Source: Acidimicrobiia bacterium (GTDB taxonomy: Bacteria; Actinomycetota; Acidimicrobiia; Spongiisociales; Spongiisociaceae). From it: DNA of 64,000 nt. The stretch lies in contig JBFGLM010000022.1 of NCBI GenBank assembly GCA_041576165.1, forward strand, positions 14,528-78,527, given 5' to 3'. The stretch's first letter is position 1. The number at the start of each line of letters is the position of its first letter. This document shows positions 37,960 through 47,542 of the stretch, piece by piece. A program made the translations under genes and the position numbers. The notes below the pieces were generated by a model, which searched no databases, was not told where the DNA came from, and saw only the letters and a list, made by a program, of their open reading frames with translations.

Positions 37960-38393
37960 CGCGCTCTCACAACTAGCGTGGGAACGTGTGCTGATTGCAC
38001 GATCTTCTGGGCGACGCTGCCCAACAGCCAGCGACCGACCCCTGATCGACCGTGGCTGGCCAGCGTGATAAGGGTGACGTCTTCGGCATTTGCCGCGTCG
38101 AGAATGCCCTGCGCGGCGTTGGGATCGAACACCAGCCGGGAATCAGATTTGATCCCCGCTTCGCCCAGACGAAGCCGCAGATCCTCGAGGTAAGACTCAG
38201 CCGCCTCAACGACTGAAATACCCTCGGCATTGGCAAAGTCGGAGAGGGCGTGGTCGACGTGACCATCCATGACCATGACCAGCAGAACCTCATCGGCACC
38301 GCTCGTCAGGTGCGGGGAGATCTCGTCGAGCGCAGTTTCGGCCAGCACCGACCCATCAACCGGCACCAGGGTTCGCCTGAACAAGGCCGACAT
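37956..38393 (-). CDS. Universal stress protein
   Basis: LVPVDGS, ASHGRSGVGRWLLGSVA. Confidence 0.92.
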   Translation of the reverse strand: MSALFRRTLVPVDGSVLAETALDEISPHLTSGADEVLLVMVMDGHVDHALSDFANAEGISVVEAAESYLEDLRLRLGEAGIKSDSRLVFDPNAAQGILDAANAEDVTLITLASHGRSGVGRWLLGSVAQKIVQSAHVPTLVVRAR

Positions 38394-38503
38394 GGTGACC
38401 TCCGTGTTGGTGTCTTGCACCGCCAGATTGGTCCACGGCAGCAGACGGGTGTTAGGGCCGGAAGGTCACACCCTGCGGGCCAGATGCCGGAGAGCTGGTC
38501 CGT

Positions 38504-39670
38504 TCAGGTGAGGCGCTCAACGACCATGGCCATACCCTGCCCGCCGCCGACACACATGGTCTCCAGCCCGATCGACTGATCGCGCCGGCGCAGACCGTTG
38601 AGGAGCGTGCACATGATGCGCGCCCCTGTCATGCCGTAGGGATGTCCGAGGGCAATCGCCCCACCGTGAGGGTTCAGCTGCGACCCGATGTCGATACCTG
38701 TCTCATCGCACACGGCCAGCACCTGTGAAGCAAACGCCTCATTCAGCTCGACGATGTCGATGTCTCCGATCTTCATGCTGGCCCGGTCGAGAGCTTTGCG
38801 GACGGCCTCGATCGGTCCCACTCCCATGATTTCGGGAGCGAGTCCCGACACTGCGGCAGACACGATGCGGGCGAGGGGCCGGATGCCCAACTCGGCGGCA
38901 CGCTCGGCACTCATGACCACTACGGCGGCGGCCCCGTCGTTGAGCGGACACGAGTTGCCCGCCGTGACCTTCCCGCCCTCCTTGAACGCCGGGGGCAGCT
39001 CCGCCAGCTTCTCCAGCGTGGTTCCCGGCCGGGGACTGTCATCGGAGCTGACCAGCATGCCGCCCGACACGGGGTAGGGAGAGATCTCATCCGCGAAGAA
39101 ACCGTCGCCCTGTGCGTCGGCGGCCCGATCCTGGGAAAGCTTGGCGTATTCATCCATGCGCCGGCGCGAAATACCGAACTGGTCGGCGACGTTCTCGGCG
39201 GTCATACCCATGGCCATATAGACCTCGTTGATGAAGTCGTCGCGGCTGCGATCAACAAACCGGGGGTTGAGGTGTGATTTGTCGAACCCGACACCCTGGG
39301 TCCGAGTGATGCTCTCCACTCCTGCCGCAACGTACGCGTCCCCTTCGCCGGCGGCAATGGCGTGGTAGGCCATGCGGATGGTCTGGAGGGACGAGGCACA
39401 GTACCGATTGACGGTGGTGCCGGGGATCGTATCGGGAAGTCCTGCTAGCAGTGCGGCAGGGCGAGCCATGTTGAAGCTGGCTTCGCCATGGGTGAGTCCA
39501 CAGCCCAACATGACATCTTCGACTTCGGTGAGTGGCAGCTCCGGCACACTTTCCACGGCTTCGCGAATGGCGAACCCCGCCATATCGTCGGGCCGCTCCT
39601 CGATCAATGAACCCTTGTAGGCGCGTCCAATCGGCGTACGGGCAGCAGCCACGATCACGGCTTCAGGCAT
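38504..39670 (-). CDS. Acetyl-CoA C-acyltransferase (thiolase)
   Basis: NRYCASS, NEAFA, GGAIALGHP, CVGGGQG. Confidence 0.96.
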   Translation of the reverse strand: MPEAVIVAAARTPIGRAYKGSLIEERPDDMAGFAIREAVESVPELPLTEVEDVMLGCGLTHGEASFNMARPAALLAGLPDTIPGTTVNRYCASSLQTIRMAYHAIAAGEGDAYVAAGVESITRTQGVGFDKSHLNPRFVDRSRDDFINEVYMAMGMTAENVADQFGISRRRMDEYAKLSQDRAADAQGDGFFADEISPYPVSGGMLVSSDDSPRPGTTLEKLAELPPAFKEGGKVTAGNSCPLNDGAAAVVVMSAERAAELGIRPLARIVSAAVSGLAPEIMGVGPIEAVRKALDRASMKIGDIDIVELNEAFASQVLAVCDETGIDIGSQLNPHGGAIALGHPYGMTGARIMCTLLNGLRRRDQSIGLETMCVGGGQGMAMVVERLT

Positions 39671-39809
39671 CGTCGTTCCTCATCATTCGGGTAGAGCGAT
39701 GGTACGCGATCTGCCCGGACCGGTGACCGAGCCATTGGTCGCCGGGTCCGCCACCGCAGTCGTTGAGCGGTCCGACGGCGAGCCGGGTACCGCACTGGGT
39801 GGAGGGCGA

Positions 39810-41057
39810 TCAGTCGTCTTCGGCGAGCAGCCGTTTGCGACCAAAGGTCCACGGGCGATTGATCCCAGCCAGTAGGAGCTGGTAGATGGATATGCCCCCG
39901 GTCTCGAAGGCCACGACGGAGCCGGCCATGTAGAGCCGCCAGATCCGGTAAGTCTGCTCGGAACTCAGGCCCGCGGCCAGGTCTGCGTTTTCTTCGAGGT
40001 TCGCCACCCAATGCCGCAACGTGCGTCCATAGCTCATTCGCAAAGACTCGGCATCCCTGACCTCGAATCCGGCCTTCTCGGCGACCTCGATCACCTTCTC
40101 CACGGGTACCAGTTCGCCATCTGGAAACACATAGGTGTTGACAAAACTCGGCCGGCGCCGGCTATGCGAACGATCCCTCGTCGTGATGCCGTGATTGAGA
40201 AACGCGCCGCTGGGCGCAAGCAACTCGCGCATGTGTCCGAAATAGCTTCCGAGCTGGCGCCCACCGACGTGCTCAAACATTCCCACCGACGCAACGGCGT
40301 CGAACGTCCCGGTCACGTCGCGGTAGTCGCTCTCGAGGATCGTGACCCGACCCTCGACCCCAGCCTCCTTGATTCGCCGCCGGGCCAGCTCGGCTTGCTC
40401 GCGGGAGATCGTCACCCCGAGTGCCTCCACCCCGTAATTGATGGCGGCGTGAATGATGAGCGATCCCCATCCACACCCGATGTCGAGGAATTGCATCCCG
40501 CTCTGGAGCTGGAGTTTGCGACAGATCACGTCCAGTTTGCGTCGCTGAGCTGCTTCCAGTGTCTCGTTGGGATCCAGGAAATATGCACACGAGTAGACCA
40601 TTAGCGGGTCGAGAAACGTCTGGAAGAACTCGTTTCCGGTGTCGTAGTGGGCGCTGACCGCAGCCTTGTCCCGAGCACGCGAATGCAAGCGACCTCGAAA
40701 CATCGGACGCCGGTCCGGTCGCCGGCTTTCATCGGGTAGTTGACGCAACAAGCGCACGACTCCCAGCGCTTTGCGCTTTTGATGGACCAGTGGCTCGAGC
40801 CGGCGTCCGAAGTCGAGCACCAAGAGCATCTCGCCTTCGAAGTCGACATCGTCGAAGACATATGCTTCGCCGGCGGTCAGGTCACCGGGCGGCCAGAGCA
40901 TCGAACGCAACGCTCCCGGATGCTGGAGCACGATTGTCGCACCGGCCGCCGGGTCGCCCCAGGTCGTGCCGTCCCACGCTCGCATGGCAGGCGCCGGCTC
41001 GCCTGCGACAGCCACGAGCCACTCGTAGATCGACTTCGAAACCTCCAGCGGAGTCAT
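39810..41057 (-). CDS. Cyclopropane-fatty-acyl-phospholipid synthase family methyltransferase
   Basis: HYDTGNEFF, YSCAYF, LDIGCGWG, SVGMFEHVG, YVFPDG. Confidence 0.92.
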   Translation of the reverse strand: MTPLEVSKSIYEWLVAVAGEPAPAMRAWDGTTWGDPAAGATIVLQHPGALRSMLWPPGDLTAGEAYVFDDVDFEGEMLLVLDFGRRLEPLVHQKRKALGVVRLLRQLPDESRRPDRRPMFRGRLHSRARDKAAVSAHYDTGNEFFQTFLDPLMVYSCAYFLDPNETLEAAQRRKLDVICRKLQLQSGMQFLDIGCGWGSLIIHAAINYGVEALGVTISREQAELARRRIKEAGVEGRVTILESDYRDVTGTFDAVASVGMFEHVGGRQLGSYFGHMRELLAPSGAFLNHGITTRDRSHSRRRPSFVNTYVFPDGELVPVEKVIEVAEKAGFEVRDAESLRMSYGRTLRHWVANLEENADLAAGLSSEQTYRIWRLYMAGSVVAFETGGISIYQLLLAGINRPWTFGRKRLLAEDD

Positions 41058-41354
41058 CTTGCCTCCCCTTTGCGCGTGTGCCGTCCGGGGACGCCCCCAT
41101 CGACCGGACGACGTTCGGTTGTTGTTCAACGGCTACATCGAGTGCGGCATTCCTGCCGCCGATCGGTATTACGCGGCCCACCGCCTGCCCGCACATTGCC
41201 CGCACGTGAGACCCAATCGAGGGTCTCCGGTTCCTTCGTCCCCCGTCGCCCGCATCCATGAATCGTAAACGACGGCGATTCCAGGTGACGGTGACTGAAT
41301 TGCATTCATTTCAATGCGCCTTCCTTCTTCCCGTCGCCGGTAGGTTGATGAACA

Positions 41355-41711
41355 GTGACGGTTGAGATTGACCACTGTGCGTGGTGTGGCGAGCGCTTCG
41401 CGCCGAATCCCGGACCGGGGAGGCCTCGTCGCTACTGCAAGCGCAGCCACCGGCAGCGCCACTACGAGGCGCGCCAGGAGGCAGAGCGCCATCGCCTTGC
41501 CTCGGATGACGTGTTGATCCGGCGCCAGGACCTCCAGACCGTTCGCGACCGGCTATTCGTCCTGGAAGCAGCCCTGGCGGATGCTCGCACGGACCTGGCC
41601 GACGCCGGCACACTGGACGCGTATCCCGCCGTCTTCGGAGACCTTGCCGCCGCCGTTGAGGAAGTAGTGGCGTTGCGGATCGAGCCCCGCGCCGTCGGCA
41701 TGGCCGAGTAG
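41355..41711 (+). CDS. Hypothetical protein with N-terminal zinc finger and coiled coil
   Basis: CAWCG...GPGRPRRYCKRSHRQRHYE. Confidence 0.75.
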   Translation: MTVEIDHCAWCGERFAPNPGPGRPRRYCKRSHRQRHYEARQEAERHRLASDDVLIRRQDLQTVRDRLFVLEAALADARTDLADAGTLDAYPAVFGDLAAAVEEVVALRIEPRAVGMAE

Positions 41712-41779
41712 CGACGACGGCCCGGTTCCCTCCCCGTGGGTCCACCGAACTGGGGGGAACCACCGGTACGATCCAGGGC

Positions 41780-42181
41780 ATGGCTGCCTCACCCAAGGTC
41801 GCGAAGGACAAGGCACGTAGGGCGCAATCGCAGGCTCGGCGGGCTGGCGCCGAGTATCGTCGCGCCAAGTCGAAAGCCAAGCGCCACCGTCGGTTTGGTG
41901 AGCGCAAATCGCGGGACCGGCGCCCGGCTGTGTGGCTGCCCCGTTTGGTGGGTGTGGTGGGCTACGTCATGGTCGGCGTGTTCCCGTATCTCGCATCCGC
42001 GCTGCTCGTCCCGCCTGGTGCGTACCTGGTGCTTCTCCTCCTATGGCTTCTCGGTCTGTTCTGGACCCTCCGCCTGGCCAGGTATTCGCCTTCCTGGACG
42101 CCGGTGGCGCCGCTCGTCGCGCTGACGGTCTGGATAGTTCTCGTGCAGACCGGCAGTGCCATATTCGGCTGGACGGCCTGA
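41780..42181 (+). CDS. Hypothetical membrane protein with basic N-terminus
   Basis: K/R-rich N-terminus followed by three hydrophobic segments. Confidence 0.7.
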   Translation: MAASPKVAKDKARRAQSQARRAGAEYRRAKSKAKRHRRFGERKSRDRRPAVWLPRLVGVVGYVMVGVFPYLASALLVPPGAYLVLLLLWLLGLFWTLRLARYSPSWTPVAPLVALTVWIVLVQTGSAIFGWTA

Positions 42182-42237
42182 TCGCCGGGCCGCCAAGCCA
42201 CCGGCGTAGCCTCTGATTCACTACCCGAGGAGGACGG

Positions 42238-43026
42238 ATGCAGCTACAAGGACGGGTGGCGCTGGTGACCGGCGGCGGTTCGGGAATTGGGGCCGCCAGC
42301 GCCAAGAGGTTCGCAGCCGAGGGCGCGGCTGTGGCGGTGGTCGATGTGAACGCAGATGGTGCGAACGCCGTGGTCGAGGAAATCACGGCCGGCGGGGGCT
42401 CCGCAACGGCGTCGATTACAGACGTGAGTGATCAGGAGGCCGTCAATCGAGCGGTGGCGGACACGCTGGCCGCGTACGGCCGGCTCGACATTGCCATGAA
42501 CAATGCCATCCAAATGGCACCGGGCCTCTTGCTCGACCTCACACTCGAGGACTGGCGCAAGCTCCTCCGCATCGGGCTGGATGGTACGTTCATCGTGAGC
42601 GCCGCGGCGGCCCGTGCCATGCGCGACTTGGGTAACGGCGGCTCCATCATCAACCTCTCGTCCACCGCGGGGGTCGCGCCGTACACGGGCGCCGGAGCGT
42701 ATTCGGCGTGCAAGGCCGGAATCGTGATGTTCTCGAAGCAGGCTGCGCTGGAATGGGCGCCGTACCGGATCCGGGTGAACGCCATCTGTCCGGGTCATGT
42801 GGAGACACCCCTCACGGCCTACCTGCAGGACCCGGAGATCCGAGCGGGGCGTGAGGCAGTCACGCCGCTCCAACGGGTGGGCCAGCCCGAGGACATCGCG
42901 GCGGCTGCCCTCTATCTGGCGTCAGACGCTGCCGACTGGGTCACGGCAACGGCGATGGTGGTGGACGGTGGCATGCTCGAAACCATGTTTGAGCACATGC
43001 CCGGCCGCAAATGGAAGACGGACTGA
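42238..43026 (+). CDS. SDR oxidoreductase (FabG-like)
   Basis: TGGGSGIG, NNA, YSACK, VNAICPG, VDGG. Confidence 0.93.
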   Translation: MQLQGRVALVTGGGSGIGAASAKRFAAEGAAVAVVDVNADGANAVVEEITAGGGSATASITDVSDQEAVNRAVADTLAAYGRLDIAMNNAIQMAPGLLLDLTLEDWRKLLRIGLDGTFIVSAAAARAMRDLGNGGSIINLSSTAGVAPYTGAGAYSACKAGIVMFSKQAALEWAPYRIRVNAICPGHVETPLTAYLQDPEIRAGREAVTPLQRVGQPEDIAAAALYLASDAADWVTATAMVVDGGMLETMFEHMPGRKWKTD

Positions 43027-43096
43027 GCGGGGACCGACGTCCGCACACCTTGGTGTCCCCGGCGTAAGCTGGCAGCAAAGGGGGAGGGGCGGGTCC

Positions 43097-43621
43097 GTGG
43101 CTCTCTCTGACGGTGTGCTGGTGGAACGCATGCGCGCCGGCGACACCGATGCGGCCGATGCTCTGCTCCGGCGCTACGCCGATCAGGCCCAACGGGTCGC
43201 CTTGAGCGTCACTCGTTCGCGCCCGATCGCCGAGGAAGCCTGCCAGGAGGCCTTTCTCCAGTTCTATTTCCAACGCCATCGGATCCGGACGCACGAAGGG
43301 GCGGCCCGCCAGTTCCTTATGCTGCTGGTGCATAGGCGCGCAGTCGACGCGGTCCGGCACGAAGCACGACAGCTCTCCTCTGGGTGGGCCAATCCGGACT
43401 GCCCTGACATCGCCGACGTGGTGATTGCGATCGATGCTGCTCGGGATGTGCGAGCCGCTGCAGAGAAGCTGGAGGAGCCATTCCGAACGGCGATCGGCCT
43501 GGCCTATTTCGACGGCTATTCCTACCGCCAGGTGGCGCGCCTCATGGGGGTGCCGGAAGGCACCGCCAAGTCGTGGATGCGAGCGGCAATCGGTCGGTTG
43601 CGACAGGTGGTGGCCGTCTGA
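43097..43621 (+). CDS. ECF sigma factor, SigK-like
   Basis: AEEACQEAF, HRRAVDAVR, LAYFDGYSYRQVA, GVPEGTAKS. Confidence 0.88.
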   Translation: MALSDGVLVERMRAGDTDAADALLRRYADQAQRVALSVTRSRPIAEEACQEAFLQFYFQRHRIRTHEGAARQFLMLLVHRRAVDAVRHEARQLSSGWANPDCPDIADVVIAIDAARDVRAAAEKLEEPFRTAIGLAYFDGYSYRQVARLMGVPEGTAKSWMRAAIGRLRQVVAV

Positions 43622-43640
43622 CCGGTTTATCAGTTGTTCA

Positions 43641-43667
43641 CAAATCCGACAGTTGTCTTTCTACGAA
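43641..43667 (+). promoter_or_regulatory. Putative SigK-type promoter
   Basis: CAAATCC-N16-CGAA between the sigma gene and the DUF4331 gene. Confidence 0.55.
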
Positions 43668-43714
43668 TAACAACTGGCACCCAGGCGGGTGATCCGACGT
43701 CAAGAGGAAGGTGG

Positions 43715-44848
43715 ATGATGGCGTTGATACGACGGCATGCATTGCTATGGCTGGCGGTACTCGTCGCCTTGGGATTGGTGGTGGCGATGACGGCGGGGCC
43801 CGTCGGCTTGGGCGCCGACCACCTCGACGCACCGGGCCTGACGTCCCCGGACGGGAACGGCCAAGCCGATATCAACGACCTGTACGTGTTCGAGGGCGCA
43901 GATACGAGCAACACGGTGCTGGCAGTGACGACTAATCCAGGCGCTGGAGCGCTCTCACCGGACACGTTCGGCGACAAGCTCCTATACCAGTTCAAGATTG
44001 ACACCTCCGGCGACGCCGTGGCTGATCTCTCGTACAACGTGACCTTCGGGAAAGAGAGGGACGGCACGCAGAAGTACAAGATCAAGCTGGCGCAGGGCAA
44101 TGCGGCAACCAAGCTGAACAATAATGGTCAGACGATCGCCCAGGGGCGAACCGGTTCATCGACGGATATCAAAACCGGCGGCGAGGCCTTTACGGGTTTG
44201 CGATCGGATCCGTTCTTCTTCGATCTCAGCGGATTCCTCGGGACCGTCGAGGGAGCGATGAACGGCCGCATGCTGAACGACGGCATGGAAAGTGATCCGT
44301 TTGCTGCTTTCAACACCCTGGCCATCGTGCTCGAGGTGCCTGACACAGTATTCGATGGGCCCATCGGAGTGTGGGCAGTCACGAGCATGAACGGTAAGCA
44401 GATCGACCGGATGGGCCGGCCGGCCATCAACACTGTGGTCAATAGTTCCGGCCCTGTCGTGGGCGCTCCATCTGCGGCGAAGAACGTATACAACGTTTCC
44501 GACCCGGCAGATGACGTTGCGAATTTCACCACGGCGGTGATCGGAGCCCTGCAGGCATATTCGTCCCTCGACGCAGAGGGTCCGTATGCCACGTCCGAGG
44601 CCGCAGCGTTGGCGAATGTGCTGTTACCGGACGTGCTGACATTCGACAAGGCATCTGTCCTTCCGGCGCCACTCAATGGCCGGGCGTTGCCCGACGACGT
44701 CATCGACACGGAGCTCAATATCGTCACGGGCGGGGATCCGCTGGGCCTCTTCCCGGGCCGTGACGCCGTGGGCGGTATTTCGACGGACGGCATCGGACCG
44801 CACACGGACTATCTGGCCGACTTCCCGTATCTCGGCGACCCCAACTGA
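43715..44848 (+). CDS. Secreted DUF4331 family protein
   Basis: Signal peptide; ADHLDAP, DINDLYVF, RSDPFFFD, QIDRMGRPAINT, NGRALPDDVID, FPYLG. Confidence 0.9.
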   Translation: MMALIRRHALLWLAVLVALGLVVAMTAGPVGLGADHLDAPGLTSPDGNGQADINDLYVFEGADTSNTVLAVTTNPGAGALSPDTFGDKLLYQFKIDTSGDAVADLSYNVTFGKERDGTQKYKIKLAQGNAATKLNNNGQTIAQGRTGSSTDIKTGGEAFTGLRSDPFFFDLSGFLGTVEGAMNGRMLNDGMESDPFAAFNTLAIVLEVPDTVFDGPIGVWAVTSMNGKQIDRMGRPAINTVVNSSGPVVGAPSAAKNVYNVSDPADDVANFTTAVIGALQAYSSLDAEGPYATSEAAALANVLLPDVLTFDKASVLPAPLNGRALPDDVIDTELNIVTGGDPLGLFPGRDAVGGISTDGIGPHTDYLADFPYLGDPN

Positions 44849-44862
44849 CCACGAACGCCGAT

Positions 44863-44898
44863 CGGTTCTGGGGGTGGGCAATCCCGCTCCCAGAACCG
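44863..44898 (+). terminator. Stem-loop after the DUF4331 gene
   Basis: CGGTTCTGGGGGTGGG-CAAT-CCCGCTCCCAGAACCG (16 bp, two G-U pairs). Confidence 0.7.
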
Positions 44899-44964
44899 CC
44901 GCGTCGTAGCCGGCGCCGGCCGATGGAGCACGAACGGGGCTGGCCTTTGGACCCGCGTGCATTT

Positions 44965-45080
44965 CTTCCGCCGAGTCACGGCTGGACGCTGGTGCATGCC
45001 GCCGGAATCAACGACCGGGGGCAATCATCGGCTGGGGCTACGTCTCCGGCAGCCAGGCCTACATCATGATCCCCAACTAA
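44965..45080 (+). pseudogene. C-terminal fragment of an extracellular HAF-repeat-type protein
   Basis: LPPSHGWTLVHAAGINDRGQ / IGWGYVSGSQAYIMIPN* with one frameshift and no start. Confidence 0.55.
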
Positions 45081-45198
45081 GGCTTTGCCCGGCCGCGCCC
45101 CGGATCTGGCGGTCGTGGATGCGCAAGCACGCGATGCCGGGATCGAGCGCACACAGCGGCCGAGCGTCCTGCCCATTGCGACCGGGCCGCCGGCCGCA

Positions 45199-45657
45199 TC
45201 ACACCGCCCGGCTCAGCGTGACGTCCTCATCATCAAAGCCGAGCAACGCGTATAGCCGACGGGCGGCGTGATTGGCGGCGCCCGTCGCAACGACCACCCG
45301 CGTATATCCGTGCATCCGGGCCCAATCCAAAGCGGACCGAACCAGGGCTTTGCCGATTCCACGCCCTTCGGCGTCGGGCGCGACCACCAACTCCCCGATG
45401 TAGGCGTCGGTATCCCCAGCCCAGTGCCGGTGCTGGCTGACCGTAACGAACCCAACGACTTGGCGATCGAGCTCGGCCACCAATACAGCTTGTTCCGCCT
45501 CGGCAGCTCGATCGAGGGAGGAACGCACCCATCCCTCAACCGCCTCCGCGACGGCCCCCGGCTCCCGCCAGGAAGCCACTCCCGCCTGCAGCCGGGGGGC
45601 CAGCGCCAGGATGGTGGGTCGGTCTGATGGTTGTGCCGGTCTGATGTGAAGCGTCAT
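45199..45657 (-). CDS. GNAT N-acetyltransferase
   Basis: LVVAPDAEGRGIGKAL, NHAARRLYALLGF. Confidence 0.92.
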   Translation of the reverse strand: MTLHIRPAQPSDRPTILALAPRLQAGVASWREPGAVAEAVEGWVRSSLDRAAEAEQAVLVAELDRQVVGFVTVSQHRHWAGDTDAYIGELVVAPDAEGRGIGKALVRSALDWARMHGYTRVVVATGAANHAARRLYALLGFDDEDVTLSRAV

Positions 45658-45753
45658 GTCGGTCACTATGCCGCACGGACCCCTCCATAAAAAAACCACA
45701 AATCCGGACAATCGCCTTGGAACGCTTTGCGACGCAGAGCCTTGGAAAGGGAG

Positions 45754-46944
45754 CTAGTTGCCCGGTCCGTAAAGCCCGAACTTCCAGTCCGGGTTTCCGG
45801 GCACCATCGTGTTGAGGACCTGCGACTGCTGACCCATCGCTCGGGACGTTGCGCACACCGTCCGCGCCAGATCGAGCTGCTGCGGCTCCCAAGCATCGAG
45901 CGCCCCGTCCACGTCGCCCTCGGCATCCCGCAAACAATCCCGCAACACCCAGCCGTCTGCGCAAGCTTTGGCCGTCCCGGCGGCAACGTGGGGCCTCACG
46001 AACGATGCTGCGTCGCCGATGATGCAGACCCGTCCGAACCGCATGCGCTCGACCTCCATGTCGAAGATGACCTGGATGAATGGGTCGGGGGATTTGAGAA
46101 CAACTTCTTCAATCGTCGGTGCCAGCTGCTCCCGGGCCGACCGGTGCAGTTCGTCGACGAACTGGTCTTGTACCTCGCCCGGTGGGATGGAGTTGGAACG
46201 GAGCGAGCCGCTCTTGTCGGTCATCAAAGCGTCGAACTCAGCGCCCTCCACGTAGTTGCGGTACCAGACGAAGTTGACCAGCCGTTCGCCGGGAACCAGC
46301 GACCCCTCCACGCTCGGGATCGGGTACACGAGGATGTGGCTGTGGTCGAGAATCTGGTAGATGATCGATTCGATCAGCTCGCTGAAGGCACCATCGGACA
46401 GCGCTGCCTCGCGGGCCGTGCCCCGCCAGCCGACGTAGCCCGCGTAGGAAGGCTGTGTATGCGGTTCCAGAATCTCGCGCCCGCGAGACGCCACCCCGTC
46501 CGCGCACACGAGGAGGTCGCAGTCGGTCGTGGTTCCGTTGGAGAAGTGGACGCGGACGCCATGGGCGACCTCCTCGAAGTCGACCATCTCGTGCCCGAGG
46601 TGATAGCGCTCCAGCTCGAAATCTCGAAGCAGTCCCCGATACACCGAGTTCCATGAGCCAAACCGGTAGTCCGTGAGTTCTTCAGCCACGACTGCGCCGG
46701 ATTCGTCGACCCAGCGCCACCACGGCAGGCTGAGCGCCACCGTGGACGACAAGCCGCCGTACTTCTCGACGAAGTAACGCTCGGTCATCTTCAGCACCAC
46801 GATGCCCGCGCCCCGGGCTTGGAGTTCGCTGGGTGTGCGTTCATAGACGTCTACGTCGCAACCGAGCTGACGGAGCAACAGACCGGCCGTCAGGCCGCCG
46901 ATCGACCCCCCGACAATTGCGACCCGGGGCCAGTCAGGCACCAT
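45754..46944 (-). CDS. FAD-dependent monooxygenase, 2,6-dihydroxypyridine 3-hydroxylase-like
   Basis: GGSIGG, ADG, YAGYVGWRG, NFVWYRN, GDAA..RPHVAAGTAKA, PGNP...FGL. Confidence 0.85.
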   Translation of the reverse strand: MVPDWPRVAIVGGSIGGLTAGLLLRQLGCDVDVYERTPSELQARGAGIVVLKMTERYFVEKYGGLSSTVALSLPWWRWVDESGAVVAEELTDYRFGSWNSVYRGLLRDFELERYHLGHEMVDFEEVAHGVRVHFSNGTTTDCDLLVCADGVASRGREILEPHTQPSYAGYVGWRGTAREAALSDGAFSELIESIIYQILDHSHILVYPIPSVEGSLVPGERLVNFVWYRNYVEGAEFDALMTDKSGSLRSNSIPPGEVQDQFVDELHRSAREQLAPTIEEVVLKSPDPFIQVIFDMEVERMRFGRVCIIGDAASFVRPHVAAGTAKACADGWVLRDCLRDAEGDVDGALDAWEPQQLDLARTVCATSRAMGQQSQVLNTMVPGNPDWKFGLYGPGN

Positions 46945-46962
46945 CCGACAGCTTCCCGAACT

Positions 46963-47490
46963 TCAGGCGGGGACCCCGAAGGTGGCGATGCGATCAACCG
47001 AGCATTCGAACAGCACTCGCCGCTCGCCCTTCTCCGGGTCACGCAGGGCATAGGTACCACCGCGATCGTCCATGTACTTGTCCCAGATCCGATTGACCTG
47101 TTCGGTCACCCAAGCGCCCTCTCTGGGGTCGTCTTCGGAGATCTCACGGTCCACGGTGACTTTCATGCTCATCCAGTGATACGGGTTCTCCGGGTTGACG
47201 AGGATGATGGAGACTTCCGGGTTATTGCGGATCCACTCGGTCTTCTTGCGGTGCTCCGCAACATTGACCAGTACTTTGTCGCCTTCGTAGTCGAACCACA
47301 TCGGCGTCAAGTTGGGACGGCCGTCGCCGCCCATGACCGCCATGACACATGTGATCGGCTCGTCCATCAACCGCTTGTATATGGGATCGAGATCGTCGAG
47401 ACCGTCGATGGTCGTTCGGTCTCCGACCGAGAATTGGTCTTCGACAAGCCCGTCTCGGAGATCGACGAACTTCGATAAGGAAATGGTCAC
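46963..47490 (-). CDS. PPOX/pyridoxamine 5'-phosphate oxidase family protein
   Basis: DGRPNLTPMWF, RKKTEWIRNNP, NPENPY. Confidence 0.85.
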   Translation of the reverse strand: MTISLSKFVDLRDGLVEDQFSVGDRTTIDGLDDLDPIYKRLMDEPITCVMAVMGGDGRPNLTPMWFDYEGDKVLVNVAEHRKKTEWIRNNPEVSIILVNPENPYHWMSMKVTVDREISEDDPREGAWVTEQVNRIWDKYMDDRGGTYALRDPEKGERRVLFECSVDRIATFGVPA

Positions 47491-47542
47491 GTGTCTCCCT
47501 CCTATTCCGACACCGGGAGGAACATAATCGAAACGATCCGGA

